Assembly: GCA_963722845.1 (NCBI GenBank)
Contig: CAVROL010000003.1
Span: 357,733 to 421,732 of the forward strand
Direction: 5' to 3'
Source: Terriglobia bacterium
GTDB taxonomy: Bacteria > Acidobacteriota > Terriglobia > Bryobacterales > Bryobacteraceae
Length of the DNA: 64,000 nucleotides
Part shown: positions 55,247-64,000 of the stretch, piece by piece
Layout: each line of letters begins with the position of its first letter
Position numbering within the stretch: position 1 is the first letter of the stretch
Program-made: the position numbers and the translations under genes
The notes under the pieces: generated by a model
Told to the model about the DNA's origin: nothing
What the model saw: only the letters and a program-made list of their open reading frames with translations
Databases searched by the model: none

Positions 55247-56090
55247 GCGCCCCTTCCAGACTGCGTTTGTACTCGGCGAAATCCTTGGTGCCGAGCACGT
55301 GGCGGTCGATCCATGTTTGAAACGTCGCCCGATCCCGGGCGATAACGTCCCAGGCTTTGTAAAATGCGTTGTCGCGCTGATAGTAACCCTGCGCGTAGGA
55401 GGGAAACGCCCCGCCTTTCACTTCGCACACGGCGCTCAGGACCCACGACGGCAACACCACCGAATTGGGCGGGGCGTGAAGCTCGTCGACGATCTCTTCC
55501 ACGGTGACGATGGCGCGCTTGGCGGCCAGCACGGCTTCCTTCTGCACGCCCACCACGCCCCACATCAGCACGTTGCCTTTTCGGTCGGCCTTCTGCGCAT
55601 GAATGACCGTCACATCCGGCCGATGCGCAGGGATCGCGGCTAGCTTCGCTCCGGTAAACGGGCAGTCTATAAATTTGATGCGCTGGTTGTACTTCACCAG
55701 GTCGGTTCCGACGTAGCCGCGCAGCATCCCGAATGGCAGATTGGAGGCGCCGGCGCTATAGGCCGCGGCCATTCCGGCGTGCGCGTGCTCCTCGATCTCG
55801 ATGGGCTGGGGCCAGCCGTTTTCGACCGCATCCCGAAGGCGGTGCAGCGATCCGACGCCGGGATTGCCGCCCCAGGAAAAAATAATCTTCTTGACGCATC
55901 CGGCGCCGATGAGCTGATCGTAGATCAGGTCCGGAGTCATGCGGATCACGGTGAGATCGCGCTTGCCCTGCCGGATAATCTCGTGTCCGGCGGCGAAGGG
56001 GATCAAGTGAGTGAACCCTTCCAGGGCCACCGTGTCGCCGTCGCGAACCGTTTCGCGGATCGCCTCTGAGAGTGAACGTATGTGAGCCAG
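55239..56090 (-). CDS. CoA-transferase subunit A; start uncertain
   Basis: Track ORF 55239-56234. Protein-like text begins about ...SLSEAIRETVRDGDTVALEGFTHLIPFAAGHEIIRQGKRDLTVIRMTPD. No ATG or GTG lies in frame near there, so CTG 56088-56090 is taken provisionally. The listed N-terminus is translated tandem-repeat DNA. Confidence 0.75.
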   Translation of the reverse strand: MAHIRSLSEAIRETVRDGDTVALEGFTHLIPFAAGHEIIRQGKRDLTVIRMTPDLIYDQLIGAGCVKKIIFSWGGNPGVGSLHRLRDAVENGWPQPIEIEEHAHAGMAAAYSAGASNLPFGMLRGYVGTDLVKYNQRIKFIDCPFTGAKLAAIPAHRPDVTVIHAQKADRKGNVLMWGVVGVQKEAVLAAKRAIVTVEEIVDELHAPPNSVVLPSWVLSAVCEVKGGAFPSYAQGYYQRDNAFYKAWDVIARDRATFQTWIDRHVLGTKDFAEYKRSLEGAHA

Positions 56091-56145
56091 AGCTTCTATT
56101 TTGCCACGCCGGATCGCGGGGCAGGAACCGGCATCGGGAGATCTC

Positions 56146-56235
56146 GCGCACGTACAGGACCGCAGGTTCCGTTGTGCGTGCGGGATCAACGCGCACGCAC
56201 AGGACCGCAGGTTCCGTTGTGCATGCGGGATCAAA
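56146..56235. promoter_or_regulatory. Two tandem 45-bp units, each an imperfect palindrome, in the divergent promoter region of the catabolic cluster
   Basis: Unit 1 (56146-56190) is gcgcacgtacaggaccgcaggttccgttgtgcgtgcgggatcaac. Unit 2 (56191-56235) differs at 3 positions. Each contains GCACG(T/C)ACA...TGTGC(G/A)TGC. A TATAAT box follows at 56245-56250. Confidence 0.55.
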
Positions 56236-56268
56236 ATGGTTTGCTATAATCGCGCCGGAGGGACGGCC

Positions 56269-57345
56269 ATGTCCTTAGTTCGAGGATTACATCACATCAC
56301 CGTGTGCGCCGCCGGCGCCCAGGAAGACATCGATTTTATGACCCAGGTCTGCGGGCAGCGTCTGATCAAGCAGACCGTGCTGTTCGACGGACGTTTCGCT
56401 CACTATCATCTGTATTACGCGAACGCGGACTGCGAGCCTGGCTCGGTCTACACTACCTTCCCGTTTAACCGCGTGAAGGGCCGTCCCGGCTCGGGACAAA
56501 TCCAATCCACAGCCTACAGCGTGCCCAAGGGATCCGTTAAGTTCTGGGAAGACCACGTGAAGCGCCACAAGGTGCCCAATGAGGGTGTCAAGGAGCGCTT
56601 CGGGAAGAAGTATCTGCGCTTTAGCCATCCATCCGGATTACAGATCGAAGTAATGGAAGAGGATTCCGACCAGCGCAAGGGTTGGACCACCGATCAGGTC
56701 AGCAGTGACGTGACCATGCGCGGATTCCATGGACCGGTGCTCTCGGTTCGGGAAGTCGGCGAGACAGAACGCTTCTTTGTCGACGCTCTGGGTTTCAAGA
56801 AGACCGGCACCGACGGCGATTTTCATCGCTTCGAAGTTGCCGGCGGCGGCGCTGCCAAAACGGTCACCCTGGTGCACGAGCCCGACCGTCCCTCGGGTAG
56901 CTGGATCTTCGGGGCCGGCACGGCGCACCACGTCGCCATGGACCTGGAGAGTGACGAAAAGCTGGCCGAGCAGAAGGGCATCTACGAAGAGCTGGGCTAC
57001 ACCGATTGCTCGGAAATCAAGGACCGCAACTATTTCCACTCGATCTACTGCCGCTGCCCCGGCGGGATTCTGGTGGAGTGCGCGGCCACGGCCCAGGGCG
57101 CCTTCGCCCGCGATGAGGCCGAATCGGAACTGGGGACGCACATGCTGCTGCCGCCATGGTTCGAAGAAAAACGCGCCGAAATCATGGCGATGCTCGATCC
57201 GATCCGCGTTCCGGAAGGCAATATTCCAAAGGACGCCAAGAAGGTCGCCGCGGCTACCCTGCCCGATCCGGGGCCGGTCGATACCAGCGCGGCGGGTGTT
57301 TCTCGCCGTAAGGCCGAATTCATCGGCGGCGAGAAGTCCAAGTAA
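56269..57345 (+). CDS. Ring-cleaving dioxygenase, VOC superfamily (MhqO/MhqE-like, hydroquinone-type)
   Basis: Inner part of track ORF 56101-57345, starting at MSLVRGLHHITVCAAGAQEDIDFMTQV. A GGAGGGA SD lies upstream. A second VOC module is ...MRGFHGPVLSVREVGETERFF...GTAHHVAM. Confidence 0.8.
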   Translation: MSLVRGLHHITVCAAGAQEDIDFMTQVCGQRLIKQTVLFDGRFAHYHLYYANADCEPGSVYTTFPFNRVKGRPGSGQIQSTAYSVPKGSVKFWEDHVKRHKVPNEGVKERFGKKYLRFSHPSGLQIEVMEEDSDQRKGWTTDQVSSDVTMRGFHGPVLSVREVGETERFFVDALGFKKTGTDGDFHRFEVAGGGAAKTVTLVHEPDRPSGSWIFGAGTAHHVAMDLESDEKLAEQKGIYEELGYTDCSEIKDRNYFHSIYCRCPGGILVECAATAQGAFARDEAESELGTHMLLPPWFEEKRAEIMAMLDPIRVPEGNIPKDAKKVAAATLPDPGPVDTSAAGVSRRKAEFIGGEKSK

Positions 57346-57349
57346 GCAG

Positions 57350-58010
57350 GTGCCCATCAACACCCCCGTGGTTCGCCTGCGCGAAGCGGGCCAGCCGCGG
57401 GGTTTGGCGAGGCGCGCCGGGATTCTGCTGCACGGCCGCTCGCGCACGAAACAGGAAATGTTGGACCTGGCCACAGGTCTGGAGATCGGCGGCACCCGCT
57501 GGATCGCACCCTATGCGGATCAGGGCCTGTGGTATCCAGGGCGGTTCATGGAGCCGCTGGAATCCAACGAGCCATTCCTGACGCGTTCAGTCGAGCGGTG
57601 CCACCGGCTTGTAGTGGACGCCAGCGATGGCGGCCGCCTGGATCCGCAGCAGCTTTTCATCGTGGGCTTTTCGCAGGGAGCCTGCATCGCGGTCGAGTAT
57701 GCTCTTCGTCATCCGGATGCCTGTGGGACGATTGTGGTCTTCAGCGGCTGCCTGATGGGTCCTGCGGGCACGGACTGGCGCCCGGCAAATGGCAAAACGC
57801 TGCGGGGTCTCAGGGTGTTCCTCACCGGCAGCGATATGGACGAATGGATTCCGGAGGACCGCACGCGTCAGACCGCCGAGGTTCTCAAGCGCCTGGGAGC
57901 CGGATGTGGAAATGCGCATCTATCCATCGCGGCCGCACATCGTCAGCAATTTGGAACTGGCGGAAGCGAGAACCTTCCTGCAAGCGCGAATCCCCGAGGC
58001 GCGGGTCTGA
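57350..58010 (+). CDS. Alpha/beta hydrolase, phospholipase/carboxylesterase family (MhqD-like); one frame break near 57900
   Basis: GTG start at 57350. The text is ...AGILLHGRSRTKQEMLDL...LFIVGFSQGACIAVEYAL...VFSGCL...VFLTGSDMDEWIP...AEVLKRLGA / DVEMRIYPSRPHIVSNLELAEARTFL* (second piece from track ORF 57789-58010). Confidence 0.75.
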
Positions 58011-58140
58011 CCGGCAAGACGGCTCTATTGATAGTTCGCCCTTTGCGCGTCGGTGCGATCCGGCCCAGCACTAAGGTTTTTTTCTGGGTTCCAGTACTTC
58101 AAGAATTTTCGCGAGCGTGATACTATGGCAACTTCTGAAC

Positions 58141-58404
58141 ATGAATCCCGAAGTTGTGCTGCCGTTGTGCATCCTGATTCCGTTTATCTTTGCAGGATTG
58201 TACACGCTTACCGATCCCGCAAGCTCCATACGCAAAGTAAACAAATTCATGGCGGAAGCTCATCGGATCGAGGCCAACACGATCCTGGGCGATTTGTTCG
58301 CGGAACCTACGCCGATTGCCGATAGCCTGGCAACTCGCTCTTGGTCGCGCGTCGCAGGTTTGGCCATGATGGCGGCCGGTTTGTTCCGCCTATACCTTCT
58401 CTAA
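58141..58404 (+). CDS. Small two-TM membrane protein, hypothetical
   Basis: Track ORF 58117-58404, with the likely start at MNPEVVLPLCILIPFIFAGLY. A second hydrophobic helix lies at the C-terminus. It overlaps the corrected thiolase 3' end by 15 nt. Confidence 0.35.
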   Translation: MNPEVVLPLCILIPFIFAGLYTLTDPASSIRKVNKFMAEAHRIEANTILGDLFAEPTPIADSLATRSWSRVAGLAMMAAGLFRLYLL

Positions 58405-59605
58405 CAACAACGGCCATTCCCTGACCCACGCCCACGCACATGGCGGCGATCGCCCGGCTGGCACCGGTCCGCTTCAGGTGCATCGCGGAAGTAAGCACCA
58501 GGCGAGCGCCACTCATTCCTAGCGGGTGTCCGAGCGCGATGGCGCCGCCGTTGGGATTTACCTTTTCGCTGTCGTCCGCCAGGCCGAACGCGCGGGTACA
58601 TGCCAGCGCCTGCGCGGCGAAGGCTTCGTTCAGCTCCAGATAATCAACGTCGTCCATCTTCAGGTTGAGTCGCGCCAGCAGCTTTTGGACCGCAGGAATC
58701 GGTCCGATCCCCATATAATTTGGATCGACGCCGGCGGCCGCCGCGCCCACGAATCGCGCGATCGGCGTCAGCCCGAATTTCGCGGCAGCTTGCTCGGAGG
58801 CCACGAACATCGCCACCGCGCCATCGTTAATTCCCGATGCGTTGCCCGCCGTCACCGTGCCGCCTTTGCGAAACGGCGTGGGAAGCTTGGCAAGACCCTC
58901 CAGCGTGGTGTCGGCGCGAGGATGCTCATCATCACGTATCACGGCCGCCGGGGCGGCCGACCCTTTTTTGCTGAGGATGGTCACCGGCTCGATCTCTTCG
59001 GCGAATACGCCCGCAGCTTTGGCTTTCGCGGCCTTTTGTTGCGAGGCCAGCGCGAATCGATCCTGCGATGCGCGGTCGACGTTGTACTTCTCGGCGACGT
59101 TTTCCGCGGTCTCGGCCATCGAGATGGTGCCGTACTTCTCTTCCATCCGCGGATTGACGAAGCGCCAGCCCAGCGTGGTATCGAAGATCTGCGGATCGCG
59201 CGGGAATGCCGCGGAGGGCTTGGGCATCACCCAGGGCGAACGGCTCATGCTTTCGACGCCCCCGGCAATCGCCAGTGACATTTCGCCCATGCCGATACCG
59301 CGCGCCGCCGCCGCGACCGCCTCCATGCTGGATGCGCACAGCCGGTTCACGGTGACGCCCGGCACACTCATCGGAAGATCGGCCAGCAGCAACGCCATGC
59401 GCGCGACGTTGCGATTGTCCTCGCCCGCCTGCGTAACGCAGCCGTAGTAAACCTCGTCAATGGACTCCCAATCGCTGTTCGCGAACCGGCGCTTCAGAGT
59501 GATAAGAGGATGCGCGGCCAGATCGTCGGTGCGGACCGTCGCCAGCGCTCCTCCGTAGCGGCCGATGGGCGTGCGGACACCTTGGCAAATGTAGGCAGTG
59601 GGCAT
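58390..59605 (-). CDS. Acetyl-CoA C-acyltransferase (3-oxoadipyl-CoA thiolase-like); frame break just before the stop
   Basis: Track ORF 58307-59605 has [22 protein letters not shown] and CVGVGQGMA. After GMAV the listed frame reads through. A 1-nt shift gives LLLEKV*, with TAG at 58390-58392, which is a typical thiolase C-terminus. Confidence 0.9.
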
Positions 59606-59707
59606 GTATTTCCTATTCTATGCAGGCCCGCACAACGGAGCATGGCGCGGCGGATATATTCGGGATTGCGAACAATGCATTGCAGCGCCGGCCCTGTGCG
59701 GGCCGTT

Positions 59708-60574
59708 CTACTCAGTGGTTTTGGGTGGAGTAGCGGCGCGGGCTCTTCGGGCCACCGCGTAAACCTCGGTGAACTCCGCGCCGAACAGGAAGATCTGCGC
59801 GGAGTAATACACCCAGAGCAGGAAGATGACCACGGATCCGGCTGCTCCGAACGGAGAACCCGTGGTGGTGTGTCCCAGATACAGGCCGATCAGGGCTTTT
59901 CCAATCGAAAAGAGAAGTGCGGTGATAGCGGCTCCCGTCCACACATCCCGCCAGGCGACCCAGGAATCCGGCAGCACGCGATAGAGCAAAGCGAACAACA
60001 CCGTGACCAAGGCGAATGAAACCGTGAAATTCGTGGCTTGCAACAGGAACTCCGTCGCGGGCAAAGCTTGCGGCATGAATTTTCCGGCAGCCGAAATGAC
60101 GGCGTCCGTCAGGAGGGAGATCAGGAGCAGCACGCCCACAATCATCACCGCGACAAACGACACCAGCCGTTTGAAGAAGAACTGTTTGATGTAGCCGCGA
60201 TCCGGCGGTGGAACTTCCCAAACCAGGTTCAAGGCATCCTGCAGCGCTCCAAAGACCACGGTGGCGCCGTAGGCGAGCGAGACGATCCCGGCGATGGTCG
60301 CGAAGGAACCACCGCGGCCGCGATCCAGAACTTCTCCGATCAGGCTGGCTCCGTTAGAGCCGAGCATCTGGATAGCCCAGGCGATCACCTCGCCGCGTGC
60401 GGCGCGCCGCCCTATGACCACTCCCGCCGCGGCCACCACGAAATAGATCGCCGGAGCCAGGGACAGCAGCGCGTAAAACGCCAGAGCGGCCGAGAGAAGC
60501 GAGGTGTTGTGCTTAAAGCAGCGTTCGAAGGCCTCGCGGAACAACCCGGCCGTGGTCAGGATTCTGCGCTGCAC
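59708..60574 (-). CDS. YihY/BrkB-family inner membrane protein
   Basis: 288-aa track ORF. The N-terminal text LSAALAFYALLSLAPAI is followed by 6 hydrophobic helices and ...YYSAQIFLFGAEFTEVY. Confidence 0.8.
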   Translation of the reverse strand: MQRRILTTAGLFREAFERCFKHNTSLLSAALAFYALLSLAPAIYFVVAAAGVVIGRRAARGEVIAWAIQMLGSNGASLIGEVLDRGRGGSFATIAGIVSLAYGATVVFGALQDALNLVWEVPPPDRGYIKQFFFKRLVSFVAVMIVGVLLLISLLTDAVISAAGKFMPQALPATEFLLQATNFTVSFALVTVLFALLYRVLPDSWVAWRDVWTGAAITALLFSIGKALIGLYLGHTTTGSPFGAAGSVVIFLLWVYYSAQIFLFGAEFTEVYAVARRARAATPPKTTE

Positions 60575-60605
60575 CCTGCAACTATCATGACAGGACGGCC
60601 CGCCA

Positions 60606-61451
60606 TTACGAAAATCCGAACAGCCGCATCGCGTTTTCCTTCAAAATCAGCGGCCGGACCTCGTCCTTAATATTGATCGCCGCGAAATCCGCCAGCCAGC
60701 GGTCCGGAGTAATCAGCGGATAATCCGAGCCGAACAGCATTTTCTTCTTGAGCAGGGTATTGGCGTACTGAATCAGTATGGGCGAGAAATATTTCGGCGA
60801 CCATCCCGAAAGATCGATATACACCTGCGGCTTGTGCAGGCAAACCGAGATCGCTTCATCCTGCCAGGGGAACGACGGGTGCGCCAGGATGATCGGCATG
60901 TCCGGAAAATCCACCGCCACGTCGTCCATGTCCATCGGATTGCCGTACTTCAGGCGAACTCCGCCGCCGCCGGGCATGTTGGTGCCGATCCCGCTGTGTC
61001 CGGTATGAAAGATCACCGGCAGCTTGGCCTCGTTCACCACTTCGTAAAACGGATACGCCGCTTTGTCGTTCGCGTGGAACTCCTGCAGCGGCGGATGCAG
61101 CTTGAACCCGCGAATTCCGCCTGCCTTGATCAGACGCCGCGCTTCATCCACGGCGTCTTTTCCGCGCATCGGATTCACGCTGGCGAAGGCGATCATGAAG
61201 TCGCTGTTCTCCGCGGCGAAAGCCGCCACTTCTTCGTTGGGCACGGGCGGACGACCGGTAAGTTTCTCATCCACCGAAAACACCACGCATCCGATGTTGC
61301 GGGAGCGGTAGTACTCGGCCAGATCCTTGCGGCTGTAAGAGACTCCGCTGTTGCCGAAGTATTTGCGGGCGGCTTCGCCCGCCGCGTTATCAGGCACTTC
61401 GGATTCCACGTGCACGTGCGTATCGATGGCGATCAGATTCTGAGTTTTCAC
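60606..61451 (-). CDS. Amidohydrolase-2 family (ACMSD/LigJ-like metal-dependent hydrolase or decarboxylase)
   Basis: The 281-aa track ORF reads AIDTHVHVES...GFKLHP...VIFHTGH...ILAHPSFPW...MLFGSDYP. Confidence 0.8.
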   Translation of the reverse strand: MKTQNLIAIDTHVHVESEVPDNAAGEAARKYFGNSGVSYSRKDLAEYYRSRNIGCVVFSVDEKLTGRPPVPNEEVAAFAAENSDFMIAFASVNPMRGKDAVDEARRLIKAGGIRGFKLHPPLQEFHANDKAAYPFYEVVNEAKLPVIFHTGHSGIGTNMPGGGGVRLKYGNPMDMDDVAVDFPDMPIILAHPSFPWQDEAISVCLHKPQVYIDLSGWSPKYFSPILIQYANTLLKKKMLFGSDYPLITPDRWLADFAAINIKDEVRPLILKENAMRLFGFS

Positions 61452-63268
61452 TAGACACCTTTCTGTATGGAGATGACTCGTGCGGACGGACGCGGAGAGT
61501 ATAGATCTACCACCAACGCCGCACGATTTTTCAGTACCGCGCCCTGGTTAATGGACCCCTTGTCAGTCACCTCGTGGGCGTCGATCGCGGGGGGCTCAGG
61601 CATGAGGATCGCACGAGCGATGCGGTTGGAACTGCCGGTCGCATCGGCCGCGAGCTCATTGAGCAACGCTTGAAATTTAGCATGGACGGCCGGATGCGCG
61701 ACGGTCTCGGCCGCGGATGCTGTCGCGGGGAGCTCCGCCAATTCTCGGCAAGCGTCGAGCGCCGGGAACACCAGCGCCGTCACGAAATCACGATCGTGGC
61801 CCGCGATCACCGCGTCGTGCGCATAGGGGGCGCAGTGGCTCAGGAATTTTCCACGCATCGGCCCGGCGCTGACAAAAGTTCCGGTGGACAGCTTGAAATC
61901 CTCCACCATGCGGCCGTCGAAGATGAATCCGCGCATGATGTCCTGGGGATCGACAAACCGCAGCGCGTCGCCGATGCGGTAGAACCCTTCGTCGTCGAAC
62001 GCCAGGCGAGTGAGATCGGGCTGACGCCAGTAGCCGGGAGTGACGCTGGGACTGCGCAGCCGGGCTTCCAGCTTGTCGCCGACCGGCACCAGTTTCAGCT
62101 CGACGCCCGGCGCGGGCAGGCCGACTTCTCCGGCGCGGCGGAGATCTTTGCCCGGAAACAGCGCCGCGGGACCGGTTTCCGTCGACCCGAGGCCGGTGAA
62201 CATCATGATGCGTTCGCCGCAGGTTTCGATCGCCAGCTGGTCGAGCTCGTCCCACACTGGCTGCAGCAAACCGGCGCCCGCGTAGTAGAACATCTTCAAA
62301 CGGCTGAAGAAGCGCTCCCGGAAGTCGCGGCGCTCGCGCAGGAACGGAATCAGCGCTTCGAAACCCTTGGGCACATTCAGGTAGACGTTCGGGCAGACGT
62401 CGTGCAAGTTCCGCACGGAAGCCGCCATCCCCGCGGGCGTCGGCCGGCCCTCGTCGATATAAAACGACCCGCCGTTGTACAAAACGAACCCAACGTCGTG
62501 ATTGCCGCCGAAGGTGTGGTTCCACGGGAGCCAATCGCAGATCACCGGCGGTTCATCGTCCACCCACGCCAGCACGCTGCGGACGATTTCCTGGTTGCTG
62601 GTGAGCATGCGCTGCGTATTCTCGACGCCCTTGGGCGTACCGGTGGAACCCGAGGTGAACAGAATTTTCGCGACCGTGTCCGGCGTGACCAGATCATGCG
62701 CGCGATCGACGTCGGCTGTGGCTGTGGTCGCCGCGAGGGCTGAAAACGAAGTGACGAGTTCTGCGTCGGGAGGTTTGACTGTCTCAAGCGCTTTGTGAAA
62801 AGGCGCGGCTTCGTTTACAAAGATCAACCCCGGCGTCAGCAGATCGAAGATATACCGCAGCTTTCCGAAATCGGAAGAAACCAGCGAGTACGCCGTCGAA
62901 ATCGGCGCATAGGGGATGCCCGCGTAATACGCAGCAAAGCCGAGCACCGCGTGCTCCAGATCGTTCCCCGAGAGGATCGCGATGGGACGCTCCGAGGAAA
63001 GATTGCGATGGAGCAGCGCCTGCGCGACATTGCGGGCCGCCGAGCGAAATTGCGCGTAGGTCAGCGTGCGCCAGTTGCCGGAATCGTCGCGTTGGCCCAT
63101 GAACACGCGATCCGGAGTGTTCTGCGCCCAATAATCCAGCTTGTCCGTGAGTCTGGCCGGATACTTTCCGAGCGGATGCACGGGACGCACGTAGATCGCA
63201 CCATGCTCGTCACGAGTCATCGTGACCTCGCGGGGTCCGAAACGCACGTCACGCTGCGTCGTTGTCAT
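61451..63268 (-). CDS. AMP-dependent acyl-CoA synthetase, feruloyl-CoA synthase-like
   Basis: 605-aa track ORF with the AMP-binding motif ILFTSGSTGTPKGV and the text ...GLGSTETGP...YRIGDAL. Its size and N-terminal text resemble Fcs-type enzymes. Confidence 0.85.
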   Translation of the reverse strand: MTTTQRDVRFGPREVTMTRDEHGAIYVRPVHPLGKYPARLTDKLDYWAQNTPDRVFMGQRDDSGNWRTLTYAQFRSAARNVAQALLHRNLSSERPIAILSGNDLEHAVLGFAAYYAGIPYAPISTAYSLVSSDFGKLRYIFDLLTPGLIFVNEAAPFHKALETVKPPDAELVTSFSALAATTATADVDRAHDLVTPDTVAKILFTSGSTGTPKGVENTQRMLTSNQEIVRSVLAWVDDEPPVICDWLPWNHTFGGNHDVGFVLYNGGSFYIDEGRPTPAGMAASVRNLHDVCPNVYLNVPKGFEALIPFLRERRDFRERFFSRLKMFYYAGAGLLQPVWDELDQLAIETCGERIMMFTGLGSTETGPAALFPGKDLRRAGEVGLPAPGVELKLVPVGDKLEARLRSPSVTPGYWRQPDLTRLAFDDEGFYRIGDALRFVDPQDIMRGFIFDGRMVEDFKLSTGTFVSAGPMRGKFLSHCAPYAHDAVIAGHDRDFVTALVFPALDACRELAELPATASAAETVAHPAVHAKFQALLNELAADATGSSNRIARAILMPEPPAIDAHEVTDKGSINQGAVLKNRAALVVDLYSPRPSARVISIQKGV

Positions 63269-64000
63269 CCTTTGGTTAGGTCCCAGTCTGCGAAAGTTTT
63301 TCCTTCCTCAGCCAGTTTCTTAAGCAGCGGCGCGGGCTCCCATAGATGGCCGTACTGCTTGTGAAACTCGTGCACGCGAGCGTAGACGCTCTTCAGCCCC
63401 ACCGTATCGGCGTACCACATCGGGCCGCCGCGATACCCGGGAAATCCATAGCCGGTGCAGTAGATCACGTCGATATCGGCTGCGCGCTGCGCGTGTCCTT
63501 CTTCCAGTATGCGTGCGCCTTCATTGATCATGATGTAGACGCAGCGCTCGATAATTTCTTGGGGAGTCACCGCGTGGCGGGCGATTCCAGCTTCATTCGC
63601 GGTCTTCTCGATCAGAGCATCCACTTCGGGATCGGGAATGGGCGCGCGGCCCTCGTCATACCGATACCAGCCCCTGCCGCGCTTCTGGCCCAAGCGGCCC
63701 ATATCGTAAAGCTTGTCCAGCACCAGCGGCACGCGCTCGCCGGGCTTCCGCAGGTGCGCGTACTCCTGCTTCACTCGATACGCCAGATCGATCCCGCCCA
63801 TATCGTCCACGGCGAAGATCCCCATGGCCATGCCGAAATCGGTGAGAGCCTTGTCCACCTGCTCCGGCGTGGAACCTTCCTCCACCAGAAATTGCGCCTC
63901 GCGCATATACGGCAGCATCATGCGATTGCCGACGAAGCCGCGGCAGTTTCCCACCACCACGCCGATCTTGCCCAGCTTCTTGGCGATGGCCAGCGACGTC
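63265..64000 (-). CDS. 3-hydroxyacyl-CoA dehydrogenase (FadB-like), C-terminal part; gene continues past the right edge
   Basis: Track ORF 63265-63960. The frame stays open to 64000 (...LAIAKKLGKIGVVVGNCRGFVGNRMMLPYMREAQFLVEEGSTPEQVDKAL...). Its stop overlaps the start of the synthetase gene. Confidence 0.85.
   Translation of the reverse strand, partial: TSLAIAKKLGKIGVVVGNCRGFVGNRMMLPYMREAQFLVEEGSTPEQVDKALTDFGMAMGIFAVDDMGGIDLAYRVKQEYAHLRKPGERVPLVLDKLYDMGRLGQKRGRGWYRYDEGRAPIPDPEVDALIEKTANEAGIARHAVTPQEIIERCVYIMINEGARILEEGHAQRAADIDVIYCTGYGFPGYRGGPMWYADTVGLKSVYARVHEFHKQYGHLWEPAPLLKKLAEEGKTFADWDLTKG

Overview
This is a 64-kb high-GC chromosomal segment that reads like a soil Acidobacterium of the Solibacter/Bryobacter type. 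Supporting features are TIGR03437-type C-terminal domains, a PEP-CTERM protein, many secreted beta-propellers and ATGA/TTGA-coupled operons. I call about 65 protein genes and two tRNAs (Leu-GAG, Ser-CGA). I saw no rRNA, CRISPR array, transposase or integrase.

Content from left to right:
- TonB-dependent receptor (partial) and an MBL hydrolase.
- Two PQQ dehydrogenases, two paralogous unknown secreted proteins and a type-B esterase.
- A translationally coupled operon of hxlR, a BNR propeller, a MoaD-like protein and a VOC protein.
- A low-GC mosaic or island scar next to secG-tRNA-Leu. It holds a PEP-CTERM gene, a duplicated hxlR 5' half, a surface-protein remnant, a Fic gene and a 19-nt copy of the tRNA 3' end.
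- An ECF sigma / anti-sigma / DUF4097 module.
- Housekeeping genes: aminotransferase, coaD, an MlaF-like ABC ATPase and mobA.
- Peptidoglycan remodelling genes: SLT, an AmiC-like amidase, an LdtD-like transpeptidase and a MepK-like peptidase.
- An orphan histidine kinase and a BNR surface protein.
- A FecR-like cluster with a Cys-rich mini-ORF that is absent from the ORF track.
- cysC, a kinase-like gene and YceI.
- A TPCP-type P-type ATPase coupled to a Pat-like acetyltransferase.
- A USP / sortase-like / USP / baeRF-like cluster.
- A hydroquinone/maleylacetate/3-oxoadipate-type aromatic catabolic cluster that runs to the right edge.

Technical caveat: at least 20 single-nt frame breaks interrupt otherwise well-conserved genes. 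Several sit in homopolymer runs, so most are probably sequencing or assembly indels rather than biology.

I found no single clear-cut novel system. The best candidates are the tRNA-Leu island scar with the hxlR duplication, the hxlR / BNR propeller / MoaD-like (GG terminus) operon, the USP / sortase-like / USP / baeRF-like cluster, and the low-complexity insertions in the PQQ dehydrogenase locus.
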